Positions 10,533-21,227 of a stretch of DNA of 64,000 nucleotides are shown here, piece by piece. A program made the translations under genes and the position numbers. This stretch comes from Candidatus Poribacteria bacterium (GTDB lineage Bacteria > Poribacteria > WGA-4E > WGA-3G): assembly GCA_963665235.2 (NCBI GenBank), contig CAXXLX010000001.1, positions 992,001 through 1,056,000 on the forward strand. The letters run 5' to 3'. Position 1 is the stretch's first letter, and the number at the start of each line of letters is the position of its first letter. The notes beneath the pieces are model-generated. The model was not told the origin of the DNA, did not search any database, and saw only the letters and a program-made list of their open reading frames with translations.

Positions 10533-11399
10533 TCAGTAAGAAAGGCGGACTGAAAAGAGGGAGGTCTGCGCAGCATAACCGCCACTCACAAAGGCGTAAT
10601 CCAACGCGATGTTGCTGTACTGATAGCCAAATCCTGCGGTGAGGCCGCGGGATAAACCCTGCGTCCATCGCCACCCCACTCGCGCTGTGAATGTGCCGTT
10701 GCTGGCATCATGTTGATACTCACAACCGATAAGCGGGTTGCCGTTGGCTATCTCAACAGCTGCTAAGAGAGCATCCCATTTCTTTATCGCACAACCGATA
10801 CGCCACTCCGCTATGAGCGATTCGTTATACCGTTCTGCCGCCTCGCGGCGATAGTAGAGCTGCGAAACAAGGTTGGGAAGCATAATCCCTATTGCAACCG
10901 TCTCTTCCAACAACGCGTAGTGAATGCCGAGGTCTAATCCCCAGCCAACGCCTCGTCCCAGCGGCATGCGTTCAAGGTAGGTGGCAGTAGAGAAATATTT
11001 GGCGTTGACTCCTACCCGTAGGCGGTTGACGATAGGCACCGCAGCGGATAGCATGACGGTCCGCTCTTGGGATATGCCTTCGGTATCGCTTGAGCTCAGG
11101 ATTGCAGCACCGACGGTTTGCCCGGGTCGTATCGGGTGCGCCCAACCGACAAAGCTATAGCCGAGCAATCCGTAGAGTTCCAGATAACTTACACTAATTT
11201 CGGGAGTGGGCAGTTGTGCTAAGCCTGCTGGATTCCATACTATCGCGCTTGTGTCGTGTGCAACAGCTGAATATGCGCCGCCCATGCCCATCGGTCGCGC
11301 CATAATGCCGATATTTTCAAATGCCGACTCGGCCTGTGGGCTCAAGAGAAGAAGGAAAGTGCATAGTAGGTAATGCCAAATTAAATGTAAAGGGTTCAT
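10533..11399 (-). CDS. PorV/FadL-like outer membrane beta-barrel protein
   Basis: ARPMGMGGAY.AVA.D.SAI.WNPAGLA motif; alternating beta-strand C-terminus ending in Y. Confidence 0.7.
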   Translation of the reverse strand: MNPLHLIWHYLLCTFLLLLSPQAESAFENIGIMARPMGMGGAYSAVAHDTSAIVWNPAGLAQLPTPEISVSYLELYGLLGYSFVGWAHPIRPGQTVGAAILSSSDTEGISQERTVMLSAAVPIVNRLRVGVNAKYFSTATYLERMPLGRGVGWGLDLGIHYALLEETVAIGIMLPNLVSQLYYRREAAERYNESLIAEWRIGCAIKKWDALLAAVEIANGNPLIGCEYQHDASNGTFTARVGWRWTQGLSRGLTAGFGYQYSNIALDYAFVSGGYAAQTSLFSVRLSY

Positions 11400-11437
11400 A
11401 TTGCTGATGGCATTCGGAACATGCCTACTCCCTTTAA

Positions 11438-12715
11438 TTATTTTTTGACAGCACCAAATGTAACGCCTCGCAAGAGGTGGCTTCGCATTAAGAAGGTGAA
11501 AATGGCGACAGGGAGTAGGAACACAAAGGTGGCAGCAGCGATTTTTCCCCAGTCCATGCCTGCTGACCCTGTGGCACTCGTAATAGAGGGAGGGGCGGTC
11601 ACAGCAGTGCCACCGGGATTTGTGAGTACAAGCGCAAATGCAAACTCGTTCCAGGCAGTAATTAGACAAAATACCGCGGTTGCTGCAATACCGGTTACCG
11701 ATTGCGGGAGGACAACCTTCAGAAAGGTCTGAAATCGGGTGTATCCATCAACGAGGGCGGCATCCTCATATTCACGTGGGATTTCGTCAATGAACCCCTT
11801 CATGAGCCAGACCGCAAACGAAACGTTGAATGTAGTGTAGAGGAGTATCAAACCGAAATGGGTGTCCTGCAACTTAAGCACGGTATACATAAGATAGATA
11901 GGAATTACTACGACAATAGGGGGCAGCATCCGTGTGCTGAGGATAAAAAAGAGGAGGTCATCCTTGCCAGCGATATTGAACCGGGAAAAAGCATACGCGG
12001 AGAGTGTGCCTAACCCGACTGCGAGGACTGTACTCCCCCCGCCAATGATAATGCTGTTGAGCAACTGATAGAAATACTTTGAGCCGCCATTTGCTAAGGC
12101 GATACAGCCTCCGATTGTCGCAAAGATAACAGGAATCACAAAAGCAAGTCGCCCCCTTTTGTTAACGACTAAATTCCCCCCGGAACTGTCGTACGTTGCC
12201 GGGATGTTTTTCTTCCACGGAACGAATAGGAGATAGGCGATGATGTTGCACGCTATCAACGTTAAAAAGTGGAAACGGACATCAATATGTGCCCGCCCGG
12301 GGAGAGGCTGCGTGCTGAAAAACCCGTAGAGGCACGTTCCGATGAAAAGGATGTTCCAGAGTATACCGATGCTTCGAACCGAAACGCCGCGGTACCATGC
12401 AGGTTTGCCAAGTGAAAAAAAGGCAAAGAGTAGCAGTCCCACGAGCATTTGCGCGATAAAGAGATACGTCACGTTAGGTATATTCTCTGTTGGCAGCAAT
12501 TTTTGATAGTTTTCCAACGATATGTTAAAGAAAAACTTCGGAACTTTGGTGTTGATGTCCGGTGATGCCTTCAGGGAGGTTACCGCAATCCAGTAAATCG
12601 GCAGAATGTAGACAATAAGCGCGAGAACAATAAGTGCCATGAGGAGAAGGAATACAACCTGCTTGGTTATGTTGCGGCGGAATCCGAACCGTTCGTTTTT
12701 TGAATAACGTGCCAT
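11438..12715 (-). CDS. Carbohydrate ABC transporter permease (MalG-like, with insertion)
   Basis: EYEDAALVDG EAA loop, AWNEF motif. Confidence 0.9.
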   Translation of the reverse strand: MARYSKNERFGFRRNITKQVVFLLLMALIVLALIVYILPIYWIAVTSLKASPDINTKVPKFFFNISLENYQKLLPTENIPNVTYLFIAQMLVGLLLFAFFSLGKPAWYRGVSVRSIGILWNILFIGTCLYGFFSTQPLPGRAHIDVRFHFLTLIACNIIAYLLFVPWKKNIPATYDSSGGNLVVNKRGRLAFVIPVIFATIGGCIALANGGSKYFYQLLNSIIIGGGSTVLAVGLGTLSAYAFSRFNIAGKDDLLFFILSTRMLPPIVVVIPIYLMYTVLKLQDTHFGLILLYTTFNVSFAVWLMKGFIDEIPREYEDAALVDGYTRFQTFLKVVLPQSVTGIAATAVFCLITAWNEFAFALVLTNPGGTAVTAPPSITSATGSAGMDWGKIAAATFVFLLPVAIFTFLMRSHLLRGVTFGAVKK

Positions 12716-12719
12716 AAGA

Positions 12720-13625
12720 TTATGTCTCCCCCTTCACACGATTTAAATATTTCACATAGATGTTGCTGAGCGCGACAATAATAATCAGTAGAATGTATGC
12801 CATAGCACACGCTTTCCCCGTGTTGTAGTTGCGAAATGCTAGTTTGTAGAGGTTCATAGAAACGGTTTCGGTGACACGGCCGGGGCCGCCTTCGCGCGTG
12901 AGGACATAGACGATGTCAAACATCTTGAAAGCGTCCATTGTCCGAAACAGAAGCGCGATGAGCAGAAGTGGTGACACTAACGGCAGGGTAATCCATCGGA
13001 ATTTGAACCATGCAGAGGCGCGGTCAACATCGGCAGCTTCATAGAGATATTTGGGGACCGCGCTCAACCCTGCCAGCGCAATCAACATCATAAATGGCGA
13101 CCACATCCACGTATCAACAATGACCACTGATAACATTGCCACCTTGGGATTGGTGGTCCAGCCGATAGGTGATTTGAGGAAAGGTTTGAGGAAAAAGTTA
13201 AGCACCCCCGCGTTATCGGAAGCGAGAATGAACCGCCAAAAGAGGCCAACGACGACAGGCGATAACATCATCGGCAACAGGAGCAGCGTTGTTACGATGC
13301 CTTTCGCACGAAACTGACGATTTAATAAGAGGGCAAGCCCGAACCCGATAAAGAATTGAGCGGTTACGGCTAAAACAACGAAATAGGCGGTTGTTCGGAA
13401 ATACCCCCACATATCGGGGTCGGTTAGAAGACGGGTGTAGTTGCGTCCACCGATAAACTTTGGCGCGATGCCGGGTGCCGAGGCTTTATAGCGGTGGAAA
13501 CTCAAGTAGAGCGACCATAGGAGCGGAAAGATGTTCATCAGGATGAGCAAAATCATCGTCGGCATGATGAATGCCATCTTAAGTTGGTAATCACTCATTC
13601 CACGCGAGAAACGGTTGGTTTGCAT
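12720..13625 (-). CDS. Carbohydrate ABC transporter permease (MalF-like)
   Basis: LYEAADVD...FRWITLP EAA motif. Confidence 0.9.
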   Translation of the reverse strand: MQTNRFSRGMSDYQLKMAFIMPTMILLILMNIFPLLWSLYLSFHRYKASAPGIAPKFIGGRNYTRLLTDPDMWGYFRTTAYFVVLAVTAQFFIGFGLALLLNRQFRAKGIVTTLLLLPMMLSPVVVGLFWRFILASDNAGVLNFFLKPFLKSPIGWTTNPKVAMLSVVIVDTWMWSPFMMLIALAGLSAVPKYLYEAADVDRASAWFKFRWITLPLVSPLLLIALLFRTMDAFKMFDIVYVLTREGGPGRVTETVSMNLYKLAFRNYNTGKACAMAYILLIIIVALSNIYVKYLNRVKGET

Positions 13626-13742
13626 ACTTTTTAGTCTGGTCCGTAATAATGTGCGGGGACGCGAGGCACATATCGATACGCCGCTGTAGGCAAGGTTTGA
13701 AACCTCGCCTACAGTAATAGTTGACAGAACACTATAACGTCC

Positions 13743-15062
13743 TTAGTCGTCGTAGTAGCCAGCGTCCTCAAAGATTTCCTCGTGTTTGCGTGCGATTGCA
13801 TTGAGGGCCGCTTTTGCGGATTTGAGTTTGGAGATAGCTTCACTCCAGTTCGTCTGACAGACCTCTAACAGTTCGGCGTATTCCGGGACAGCCCAGAAGT
13901 CTCGTAGGTACGGAAAGCTTTCAGCGAACGCTTTGTTAAAGGGGGTCGCTGTCGAGAACGCATCGGATTGCAAGACCTCTTTATGTGGGGTGAATCCTCC
14001 CAATTGTGCCCATTTTTCCTGGACCGGTTTCTGCATAAACCATTTGAGGTATTGCTTGGCGATGTCCTGATTTTTAGAGTACGCAGAAATAGACATGCCC
14101 TGTCCTCCGATGCTGACATAATGTCCTTTAGGCCCAGCAGGTGCAACAAAGAAACCGCTTGTGTCATGAGAGGTAGGATTCTTTTCTGGGTCAACAACGC
14201 CGGGGAAAAAGGCGAAATAGTTCATTGCCATGGCGACCTTGCCAGAAAGGTAGGCATCCAAGGTTTCCGACCAATAGTAATTGGGCGCACCGGGGGGGGC
14301 AAATTGAAGCAGGTCTGTGTAGAACTCAAGTGCTTTGACAGCGTCTTGGTTATTGATATGCCCATCAACCTTATAGGTATTGGCATCGCCGTAAGAGGCA
14401 CCGAAACTCCACAGGACCTGTTGGAATCCCATCGTAATGCCGTCATATTCTTTGCTGTACCAGGTTGCAATGCCGTAGAGCTCTTTGTCGGGTCGTGTAA
14501 AGAATTCAGAAATATCACGGAGTTGACTATATGTTTTTGGGGGGGCAAGCGCGTAGCCGTATTTTTCTTGGAACGCTTTCATCTCCTTCGGGTCTTCAAA
14601 AAGGTCTTTGCGATAGACGTACCCGGCGGCATCTACTTGAGCGGGCAGTGCCCAGTACTCTTCGCTCCCTTTCGGGTATTCCGCAAAGGCGGTCATCGCG
14701 GGCCCGTAGATAGAATCAACGTCTATATTCGCTTTAATCCACTTGGTTAAGTCAATATAGTGTCCGCCGACAGAGTTTCGACCGAGCCATTGACTATCCC
14801 CAATTACGATGTCATAAATATCCTGCTTCCCGACGAAGGCTGTGAAGACCTGATCTTGAAAACTGGGCCATGGTACCTGCACGACATCAACGGTTATGCC
14901 CGTTTCAGCAGTAAAATCCTTAGAGAGTTCCTGTAAATAGTTAGCGGGATCCCATTCTGCCCACACGATTGTTAGCGATTTTTGTGCGTCAGCAGGTAAG
15001 GGTACCCCTATCATCGCTACCATCAACACAAGAACAGTCCCTATACATAATAATTGTTTCAT
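13743..15062 (-). CDS. Sugar ABC transporter substrate-binding protein
   Basis: Signal peptide, SBP family 1 motifs (YRKDLF), first gene of the ABC operon. Confidence 0.88.
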   Translation of the reverse strand: MKQLLCIGTVLVLMVAMIGVPLPADAQKSLTIVWAEWDPANYLQELSKDFTAETGITVDVVQVPWPSFQDQVFTAFVGKQDIYDIVIGDSQWLGRNSVGGHYIDLTKWIKANIDVDSIYGPAMTAFAEYPKGSEEYWALPAQVDAAGYVYRKDLFEDPKEMKAFQEKYGYALAPPKTYSQLRDISEFFTRPDKELYGIATWYSKEYDGITMGFQQVLWSFGASYGDANTYKVDGHINNQDAVKALEFYTDLLQFAPPGAPNYYWSETLDAYLSGKVAMAMNYFAFFPGVVDPEKNPTSHDTSGFFVAPAGPKGHYVSIGGQGMSISAYSKNQDIAKQYLKWFMQKPVQEKWAQLGGFTPHKEVLQSDAFSTATPFNKAFAESFPYLRDFWAVPEYAELLEVCQTNWSEAISKLKSAKAALNAIARKHEEIFEDAGYYDD

Positions 15063-15153
15063 TTCTATCACTCCTTTGTTTTTTGCAAGCGGCACTGGAC
15101 GCGTCGCGCCTTTAACGCGCTAAGCGGTCCAGCATCTTCTATTTTCTTTTATG

Positions 15154-15182
15154 ATTATAGCAAATTGCAAGAATTTTAGCAA
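15154..15182 (-). promoter_or_regulatory. sigma70-type promoter of the sugar ABC operon
   Basis: TTGCTA-17bp-TATAAT. Confidence 0.55.
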
Positions 15183-15233
15183 GGAAAAAATCGATTAAAA
15201 AAGGAGTGCCCCTCTACAAATGACATCAGATTG

Positions 15234-16622
15234 TTAATCGTTGCGATGTTTCAACTGGATATCTCCCCCGGTGCTGCGGAGGGCGAGGAGGGGACCGCCG
15301 CCATTTACGAGTCCTTGCAATTCTCCTTTAACGTCTATAGCTACCGGAAAACTGCTTATGACCTTGCCCCCATTGCTTTTGGCATCAATTTTAACCGCAG
15401 CTTCGGGAATGAGTGAGACCGTGATGTCGCCTCCGGATGTCTCTAAGATTGAATCGTCTTGGAGCTGTCCCGATATGGCCGCCTTGATAGAGCCACCAAC
15501 GGTTTTGGCAGTGATAGGTCCATCGTTTTCTATCTCTATACTGCCGCCTGAGGCCTGAACGTTTGCGCCCCCTCTACAGCCGCTGAGTTGAATGTTCCCG
15601 CCGGATGTTTCCGCAGAAATTTCTCCGATAACATCGGTACACTGGAGATTCCCGCCGGATGCTTCCGCATTAACACTCCCCCCGATATTCACGTTAACGT
15701 CAATGTCGCCACGCAACGTATCTACCTGAACATCCCCTGTACAGGTAGTCAACCTGACGTTACCCCGAGCTGTATGTCCTAATATGGGGCCGGTAATATT
15801 GTCAAACTGTAGTTCACCTTCAGCGGTGCGGCTCTGGACCATTCCATTGACATTGACAACAGAGATATCGCCACCCCCGGTTTGCAGAATTATTTGATGT
15901 AACCGCTTCGGTACTGTGATTTCAAAACGGATGTCCAACCGGTTGGCTACTTTTCTCCAATGCCGTTTCTCATCTTTGAACGCTGCGTGAATAGACAGTT
16001 CTTGGTCCTGCCGGTCGAAGGTTACGTTGAGGTTCCTGAGCATGTTAGCAGCTTGTCTATCCATATTCAATTGCGCTGTGCGTTGGATGCTGACGCTGAC
16101 AACATTAGTTTCTGCTGTTTGCACGTCAATCGTTCCGAGTGCCGTTTTCACGGATACAACTGTCGTTGGACCGACGTTGAACGTTTCGTTGATGTCGTCC
16201 AATGTGGTTTCCATCAGGAATTCCGGGATAGATTTGCGTATTAAATCACCGATTTTGTCCTCCTCGAACGAGTAACTGATGTTTTTTATGACCTGTGTGC
16301 CAAGGAGGTTAGTCATCCATCCTTTGAAATTGGCAGCTGCGCTGAGGTCTTCGCTAAGGTAAGCAGCAAGGTGATGACATGCAACGGTAATCTCACCAAA
16401 AGTGGCATCCGTTTGTAATGGATCGAAGAGCCCATTCGGTACAGCGTTGATGTCGTTTAACCGTGCTAAGACCTTGTTAAATTGCGTGATGCATCGGTTT
16501 TCACTATCTGTGAAGGTTTCTGTCAATATGGCATGTTCTGCGATTTCTACTGTTTGCTCTAACATTTGAAAGAGACGTCGGATTTCTTGGTGTCGTTCCT
16601 GTTCCATGGGATACCTCTCCAT
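15234..16622 (-). CDS. DUF4097 beta-strand repeat protein
   Basis: Repeated TSGGNI/TGGGDI motifs; downstream of an ECF sigma gene. Confidence 0.8.
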   Translation of the reverse strand: MERYPMEQERHQEIRRLFQMLEQTVEIAEHAILTETFTDSENRCITQFNKVLARLNDINAVPNGLFDPLQTDATFGEITVACHHLAAYLSEDLSAAANFKGWMTNLLGTQVIKNISYSFEEDKIGDLIRKSIPEFLMETTLDDINETFNVGPTTVVSVKTALGTIDVQTAETNVVSVSIQRTAQLNMDRQAANMLRNLNVTFDRQDQELSIHAAFKDEKRHWRKVANRLDIRFEITVPKRLHQIILQTGGGDISVVNVNGMVQSRTAEGELQFDNITGPILGHTARGNVRLTTCTGDVQVDTLRGDIDVNVNIGGSVNAEASGGNLQCTDVIGEISAETSGGNIQLSGCRGGANVQASGGSIEIENDGPITAKTVGGSIKAAISGQLQDDSILETSGGDITVSLIPEAAVKIDAKSNGGKVISSFPVAIDVKGELQGLVNGGGPLLALRSTGGDIQLKHRND

Positions 16623-16661
16623 TTTTAATTTAAGGGCCTCCAATTTTCTGTTATCAGCATC

Positions 16662-16732
16662 GTAGGGGCGAGGTTGCCTCGCCCTGCTAAAGAAAGGGCC
16701 CTTATAGGCGGGCGGGGTTTCCCCGCCCCTAC
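16662..16732. repeat. Inverted pair of GTAG REP elements
   Basis: GTAGGGGCGAGG..CTCGCCC ... GGGCGGGG..CCCCGCCCCTAC; similar pair at 24875-24940. Confidence 0.7.
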
Positions 16733-16753
16733 AAGTCCTTTATGCGATACGCT

Positions 16754-17338
16754 CTAGTATTCCTCACCATATCCTTGCCTTTTGAGGAGGGTTTCGAGCA
16801 GTTCTTTTGCTTTGTGGAGCCTCCATTTCACGGTTGTCAAGGGGAGCGATAGAACTTCCGCGATGCGTTTCTGTGGCATTTCCGCCCAATAATAGAGGCT
16901 GATAACCTCCTGAAATTCAGCAGGTAATGTCCCAATTGCGTCTCTGACCGCTTGGTGCGTTGATTCCCGGAGGGAAATCTGTGCGGGGTCAGACGTAGCC
17001 TGTTCAGCTGCGAGATTGAATTCCGCCTCCACATCTTCGTGGAGTTGATACCGCGCTTCCCGTTGTACAGTGCGAAGCGCGTGATTGCGTGTAATTGAAT
17101 AGAGCCACGCGCCGAAGCGGTTGAGGTCTTCGAGCTGAGGCAATGCTTCGAATGCGCGTATCAGCGCGTCTTGGACGATATCTTCAGCGTCCATCGGATT
17201 TCGGACGATCTGTTGTGCCACTGCCAGCATCCCACGCCGATAGCGAAAAACTAATTCGCCAAATGCTTCGTGATTGCCTGCAAGGGTTGCTATTACGAGT
17301 TCCGCATCGTCAGCGTTTTGCAATTCTTCTAATACCAT
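16754..17338 (-). CDS. ECF sigma-70 factor (start codon supplied by MITE end)
   Basis: DAEDIVQDA..A, F.AWLY.I.RN, TVKWRLHKAK; ancestral ATG at 17487 cut off by the MITE. Confidence 0.88.
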   Translation of the reverse strand: MVLEELQNADDAELVIATLAGNHEAFGELVFRYRRGMLAVAQQIVRNPMDAEDIVQDALIRAFEALPQLEDLNRFGAWLYSITRNHALRTVQREARYQLHEDVEAEFNLAAEQATSDPAQISLRESTHQAVRDAIGTLPAEFQEVISLYYWAEMPQKRIAEVLSLPLTTVKWRLHKAKELLETLLKRQGYGEEY

Positions 17339-17478
17339 TTTTATTAATTATCCTATCATTACCGGTCGTTAGAAATGAAACGGAGAACGGAAGACACAAA
17401 CTGGAAGTTTATGCTACAAGAACGCACAAACTGGAAGTTTATGCTACAATAAAGAGACATTTCCAATTAGAAATGGTA
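17333..17478. mobile_element. TWA-family MITE, copy 2 (two internal units)
   Basis: TIRs plus TAA TSD at 17330-17332 and 17479-17481. Confidence 0.85.
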
Positions 17479-17617
17479 TAAGTTCATGAAACGTTCGCTC
17501 CTCCTCTTGCATATTAGAGACGCTGCGACCCGAAAAAGATAGTAAAAATTGGCTTATGGCTGTTGGCAAGAGGAAGAAACAAAGGGGAGAGAAAGAGTTC
17601 TCTTTCTTATATTTCTT

Positions 17618-17680
17618 GCTAATTGCTAATCGCCAATTGCCAATTGCCAATTGCCAATGAGCTAATCGCCAATCGCCAAT
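17618..17680. repeat. Heptamer tandem repeat (AATTGCC/AATTGCT/AATCGCC)
   Basis: Direct observation; similar tracts near 21120, 30025 and 48270. Confidence 0.7.
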
Positions 17681-18184
17681 CTAGCTGGGTTTATAGAGCA
17701 TAACGAGACATCCGCCAATTGCGGCGAGCAAAATGCCGAGAAGGAATGGCCATCGCTCCATGCTCCACCCTCCTGCGGGTGGATGCCATAACAATGCCAC
17801 GACAGCATTCACGATAGGAGCCCCCGCAAAAACAATGGACATCACAACCGCGGGTCTCCCGCCTGCCCCAAATGCAAGTAAAACCCCAAACGCGCCAACA
17901 GCACCGACAATCCCTGCTAGGAAAGACCAGGATACGCCACCGCTAGTAAAGGTCCACTCAGCACCGCTTAGGAGGAGCATTAGCGCGGAACCGATGACAG
18001 CTGTTAGCAGATAGGCGAGCCCTACAAATAAAAATGCTTTGTAGCGATTATGTGTCCGCTCCTCTGGAGACATCTCGCCTTTATCAGAAACCCCCATAGA
18101 GGCCTGCCCTTGATGTAGAAAAACACCGTAAAGTCCCCAGGATGCGACGGTCATGACGACAAAAATTATCCACGTTTTAGCCAT
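17681..18184 (-). CDS. Small multi-pass membrane protein (DMT/EamA-like)
   Basis: About 5 hydrophobic segments; SWGLYG and VFAGAPIVN motifs. Confidence 0.65.
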   Translation of the reverse strand: MAKTWIIFVVMTVASWGLYGVFLHQGQASMGVSDKGEMSPEERTHNRYKAFLFVGLAYLLTAVIGSALMLLLSGAEWTFTSGGVSWSFLAGIVGAVGAFGVLLAFGAGGRPAVVMSIVFAGAPIVNAVVALLWHPPAGGWSMERWPFLLGILLAAIGGCLVMLYKPS

Positions 18185-18223
18185 AATTTATTCCCCTTTC
18201 TGTGTTTTGCAGCATCTGAAATG

Positions 18224-19513
18224 CTACAGATATTTTTCAAATACCGTTAAGAGTTGCTGCGCAATTGCTTCGTCGTTAAACTTCTGATGCACGTTAGTCT
18301 TTCCCATTTTTCCCATGTGTTCCCGTTTTTCGGTATCGTTGTAGAGTTCCAGGATGCCTTCAGCAACAGCCCCAACCGATTCCGGTTCGATGAGAATTCC
18401 GCCTTCGGTTGCATTAATCATTTCAGGGAATGCGCCGTGTCGGGGTTGAACAACCGGTACACCGTTCGCTAGGGCTTCCAGAATAGATAAACCTTTGGAT
18501 TCGCGGTAAACGGTGGGGACAGAGAAAACGTGCAGCTGGTTGAGGAAATCAATTTTTTGTGACCGTGTCACCTCACCGTGATGAACAAAACTGTCTGTCA
18601 ACCCCCATGCATCAATTTGTTTTACAAGTTCTTCGAAATAGGGTTTATCTTTTTTGCCGAGGTATCCGGCGACATGAAGTTGAACGTTATCTGTCCCTAA
18701 TTCGGTTGCCAATGTGTGGAGCGCGCTTACCAAGAGATGTAACCCTTTTTCGGGGCAGATGCGTGCCAAATAGCCAATCGTGAAGGGAGGCGGCTCCGGT
18801 TTTTCGACAGGAACGCCGTGCCCTTCTAAGTTCAAACCGAGGGGTACAACATCAATTGTATCAACAGGTACTTTAAGATATGCGTCTGCCATAAACTGTG
18901 CATAGTAGTGGCAGGATGCAACAAATCCATCTGCGTCTGTAGCCCGTTCCCCAAGGAGCATTAGTGCCTCTGTTTTATAAGGTTCGATTAGGTTCCGTAG
19001 GAAGATGTCTTCACCCTGAAGGGCGCAGATAACTGGAACCTCCAGCGCGCTTTTAATTTCTCTGGCAAATCCGACGAGCATAGAGTTGGTAAGATAGACG
19101 ATATCCGGTTTGTTGTCTTCTCGAAGCCAGGCAACCAATTTGTCCAACTCCTTCTTCTGATACCCTTGTTCAGCACTGAGCATGGATACTGTGAGTTCAC
19201 CGAGGTCTCGTGCGCTGGTTGTGCTGCTGAAACGTGATAATCCGTTCAGCAGCGTTGGGTTATCGAGCAGTCTATCGAATGCCCATGGGGTATGTCGGAA
19301 GAGGGACAATTTTTGTTGAAGATAGACGTTAACGCCGCCGAAGAAAACGCGGTTCATGCTGACATTGACCTCATCGGTTCGGGTGGGGGTATATGTCGGA
19401 ATCAGCGCGACGTTGTGTCCCTGTTTTTTGAGTTCTGTTGCGACCGTATTGTCGTGGATGCAGGTCCCGCAGTACATGCCAGCGGCCCCGGCTGTGATGT
19501 AAGCAACTTTCAT
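18224..19513 (-). CDS. Glycosyltransferase family 4
   Basis: YLARICPEKGL; ESKGLSILEALANGVPVV (EX7E). Confidence 0.88.
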   Translation of the reverse strand: MKVAYITAGAAGMYCGTCIHDNTVATELKKQGHNVALIPTYTPTRTDEVNVSMNRVFFGGVNVYLQQKLSLFRHTPWAFDRLLDNPTLLNGLSRFSSTTSARDLGELTVSMLSAEQGYQKKELDKLVAWLREDNKPDIVYLTNSMLVGFAREIKSALEVPVICALQGEDIFLRNLIEPYKTEALMLLGERATDADGFVASCHYYAQFMADAYLKVPVDTIDVVPLGLNLEGHGVPVEKPEPPPFTIGYLARICPEKGLHLLVSALHTLATELGTDNVQLHVAGYLGKKDKPYFEELVKQIDAWGLTDSFVHHGEVTRSQKIDFLNQLHVFSVPTVYRESKGLSILEALANGVPVVQPRHGAFPEMINATEGGILIEPESVGAVAEGILELYNDTEKREHMGKMGKTNVHQKFNDEAIAQQLLTVFEKYL

Positions 19514-19611
19514 GTTTTTGTTCTACTATTGATGTCCGCTATTTTGGGTATTGCTTTCTCATATCAATAGTATACCATATTTTGTTAAAAAACGGTTATC
19601 AAATTTTATCT

Positions 19612-21087
19612 TTACCCGATTTTTGTTGATGAATTGAAAAACTTTTCAAGCGTTTGTGAAGTCGGTGGCTTCGTAAGGAGTGAAACGACTATCAAGGTTG
19701 CCGAAGAGACAAGGATGATAACGGCAACGGGCATGATACCGCTGCCCCCGACGGTATACCCCGGGGTCTGCCAATGCCGCAGAAAGAAGTAGAGCCATAA
19801 TACAATGACGCTTACGATTGCAGCGAACACACCGTGTTTTGTACTACGCTGCCAGAACAGCGCAGCGACCACTATCGGGAGAAGTCCTGAAAATCCGGTG
19901 AAACACCAAACTGCAAGCTTAAAGATGCTCGGTGTGGCAATGAGGGAGATGAGATAGGTGATGCTGAGCACACATACTATGAAAAACCGTCCTATCCATA
20001 CCTGCTGTTTTTCGGTTGTCTGTTCGCGTCCGCGTTTTCTACGGTAGTGCAGGAAAATATCGTGTGTGAACATACTTCCGAGGGAGAGCGATTGCGAATC
20101 GAGCGATGACATAATCGCTGCGAAGACACCCGCACCTAAGAAACCGGCTAAAACGCCTGGGGCATGTGCACCAATCATCTGAATTAGCACATTGTTGGCT
20201 TCCGGTCCCTTGAGTCCGGGAAAATCTACATTCCCCAATATTCCAAGCAGCACACTCGGAATCCACACAATTGCGATACAGAGCGGATAGAAGATAATCG
20301 GATAGCGGAACGACTCGACATCTTTTGCTGTCAAAAAATGTGTAAAAATATGGGGAAACATACCGACAGAGAGCGGAATACAGGTATATGTTAGGAGTTC
20401 CAGCGGTTTTATGTGGTCCGTCTGCATCAACAGACCGGGGTCCACAGCAGCAAGCGCGTTTGAAAACCCACCCATCCGCTTGATGATGATAAAAAAGGTA
20501 ATTCCACCCAACGTCATGAAGACGAGGGTTTGAAAGGTGTTAACCCACGCTGTGCCGCGCATACCGCTATAGGTGACATAACAGAGCACAACCGCACAAA
20601 TCAGCAACCCGCCTACCCATGAAGGAATTGTGCCTTCGGTTATTGTCGCCAGCGTACCGCCACCCCCCATGACACCGATGAGTAGATACGGGATAAGCAG
20701 TAAGACAAGCACAATGAAGAGGAGCAGTCCCAAACCCTCCGATTCCCATCGGTCGCGGAAGTATTGCACCTGCGTTATATAACCGAACTGTTTGCCGAGC
20801 CGCCATATCCGTGTCCCAATAAAGAGAAAAACACACGGCACCACAAGCGCGGAGGAGGATGCCATCAGCGCGAAAACGCCGATACCCCTGTGGTAACCTT
20901 CACCGGAGGCACCGAGGATAGTAAAGGCTGTCATGTGCGTACCGAAAAGCGTCATCAAAAGGATAAACCAATTAATCGTCCGGCTCGCGACAAAGTAATC
21001 CTCACCGGTGGCACGGAAAAACTTGTGACTTAGGACACCGAGGCTTAGCACTAAACCGAGATAAACAAAAATAACAACAAGACTCAT
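19612..21087 (-). CDS. Sodium:solute symporter
   Basis: DYFVASR, GMRGTAWVNTFQ and AAIMSSLDS motifs. Confidence 0.9.
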   Translation of the reverse strand: MSLVVIFVYLGLVLSLGVLSHKFFRATGEDYFVASRTINWFILLMTLFGTHMTAFTILGASGEGYHRGIGVFALMASSSALVVPCVFLFIGTRIWRLGKQFGYITQVQYFRDRWESEGLGLLLFIVLVLLLIPYLLIGVMGGGGTLATITEGTIPSWVGGLLICAVVLCYVTYSGMRGTAWVNTFQTLVFMTLGGITFFIIIKRMGGFSNALAAVDPGLLMQTDHIKPLELLTYTCIPLSVGMFPHIFTHFLTAKDVESFRYPIIFYPLCIAIVWIPSVLLGILGNVDFPGLKGPEANNVLIQMIGAHAPGVLAGFLGAGVFAAIMSSLDSQSLSLGSMFTHDIFLHYRRKRGREQTTEKQQVWIGRFFIVCVLSITYLISLIATPSIFKLAVWCFTGFSGLLPIVVAALFWQRSTKHGVFAAIVSVIVLWLYFFLRHWQTPGYTVGGSGIMPVAVIILVSSATLIVVSLLTKPPTSQTLEKFFNSSTKIG

Positions 21088-21227
21088 ATCTCCACTCCAA
21101 ATTTATGTAAAAGTAGCAAATAGCAGTTAGCAATTAGCAAGATGTTGTGATTATAAGCAGATTTTTGACGCGCGTCAAAAACCTCTTCCTTGTGCCAATC
21201 GCCATAAGCCAATAGCCAACAGCCAAC

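Noticed and set aside
13968-14750. Long antisense or alternative-frame ORFs (also 21437-22213, 46476-47177)
   Set aside because: Overlap well-supported genes and have no motifs
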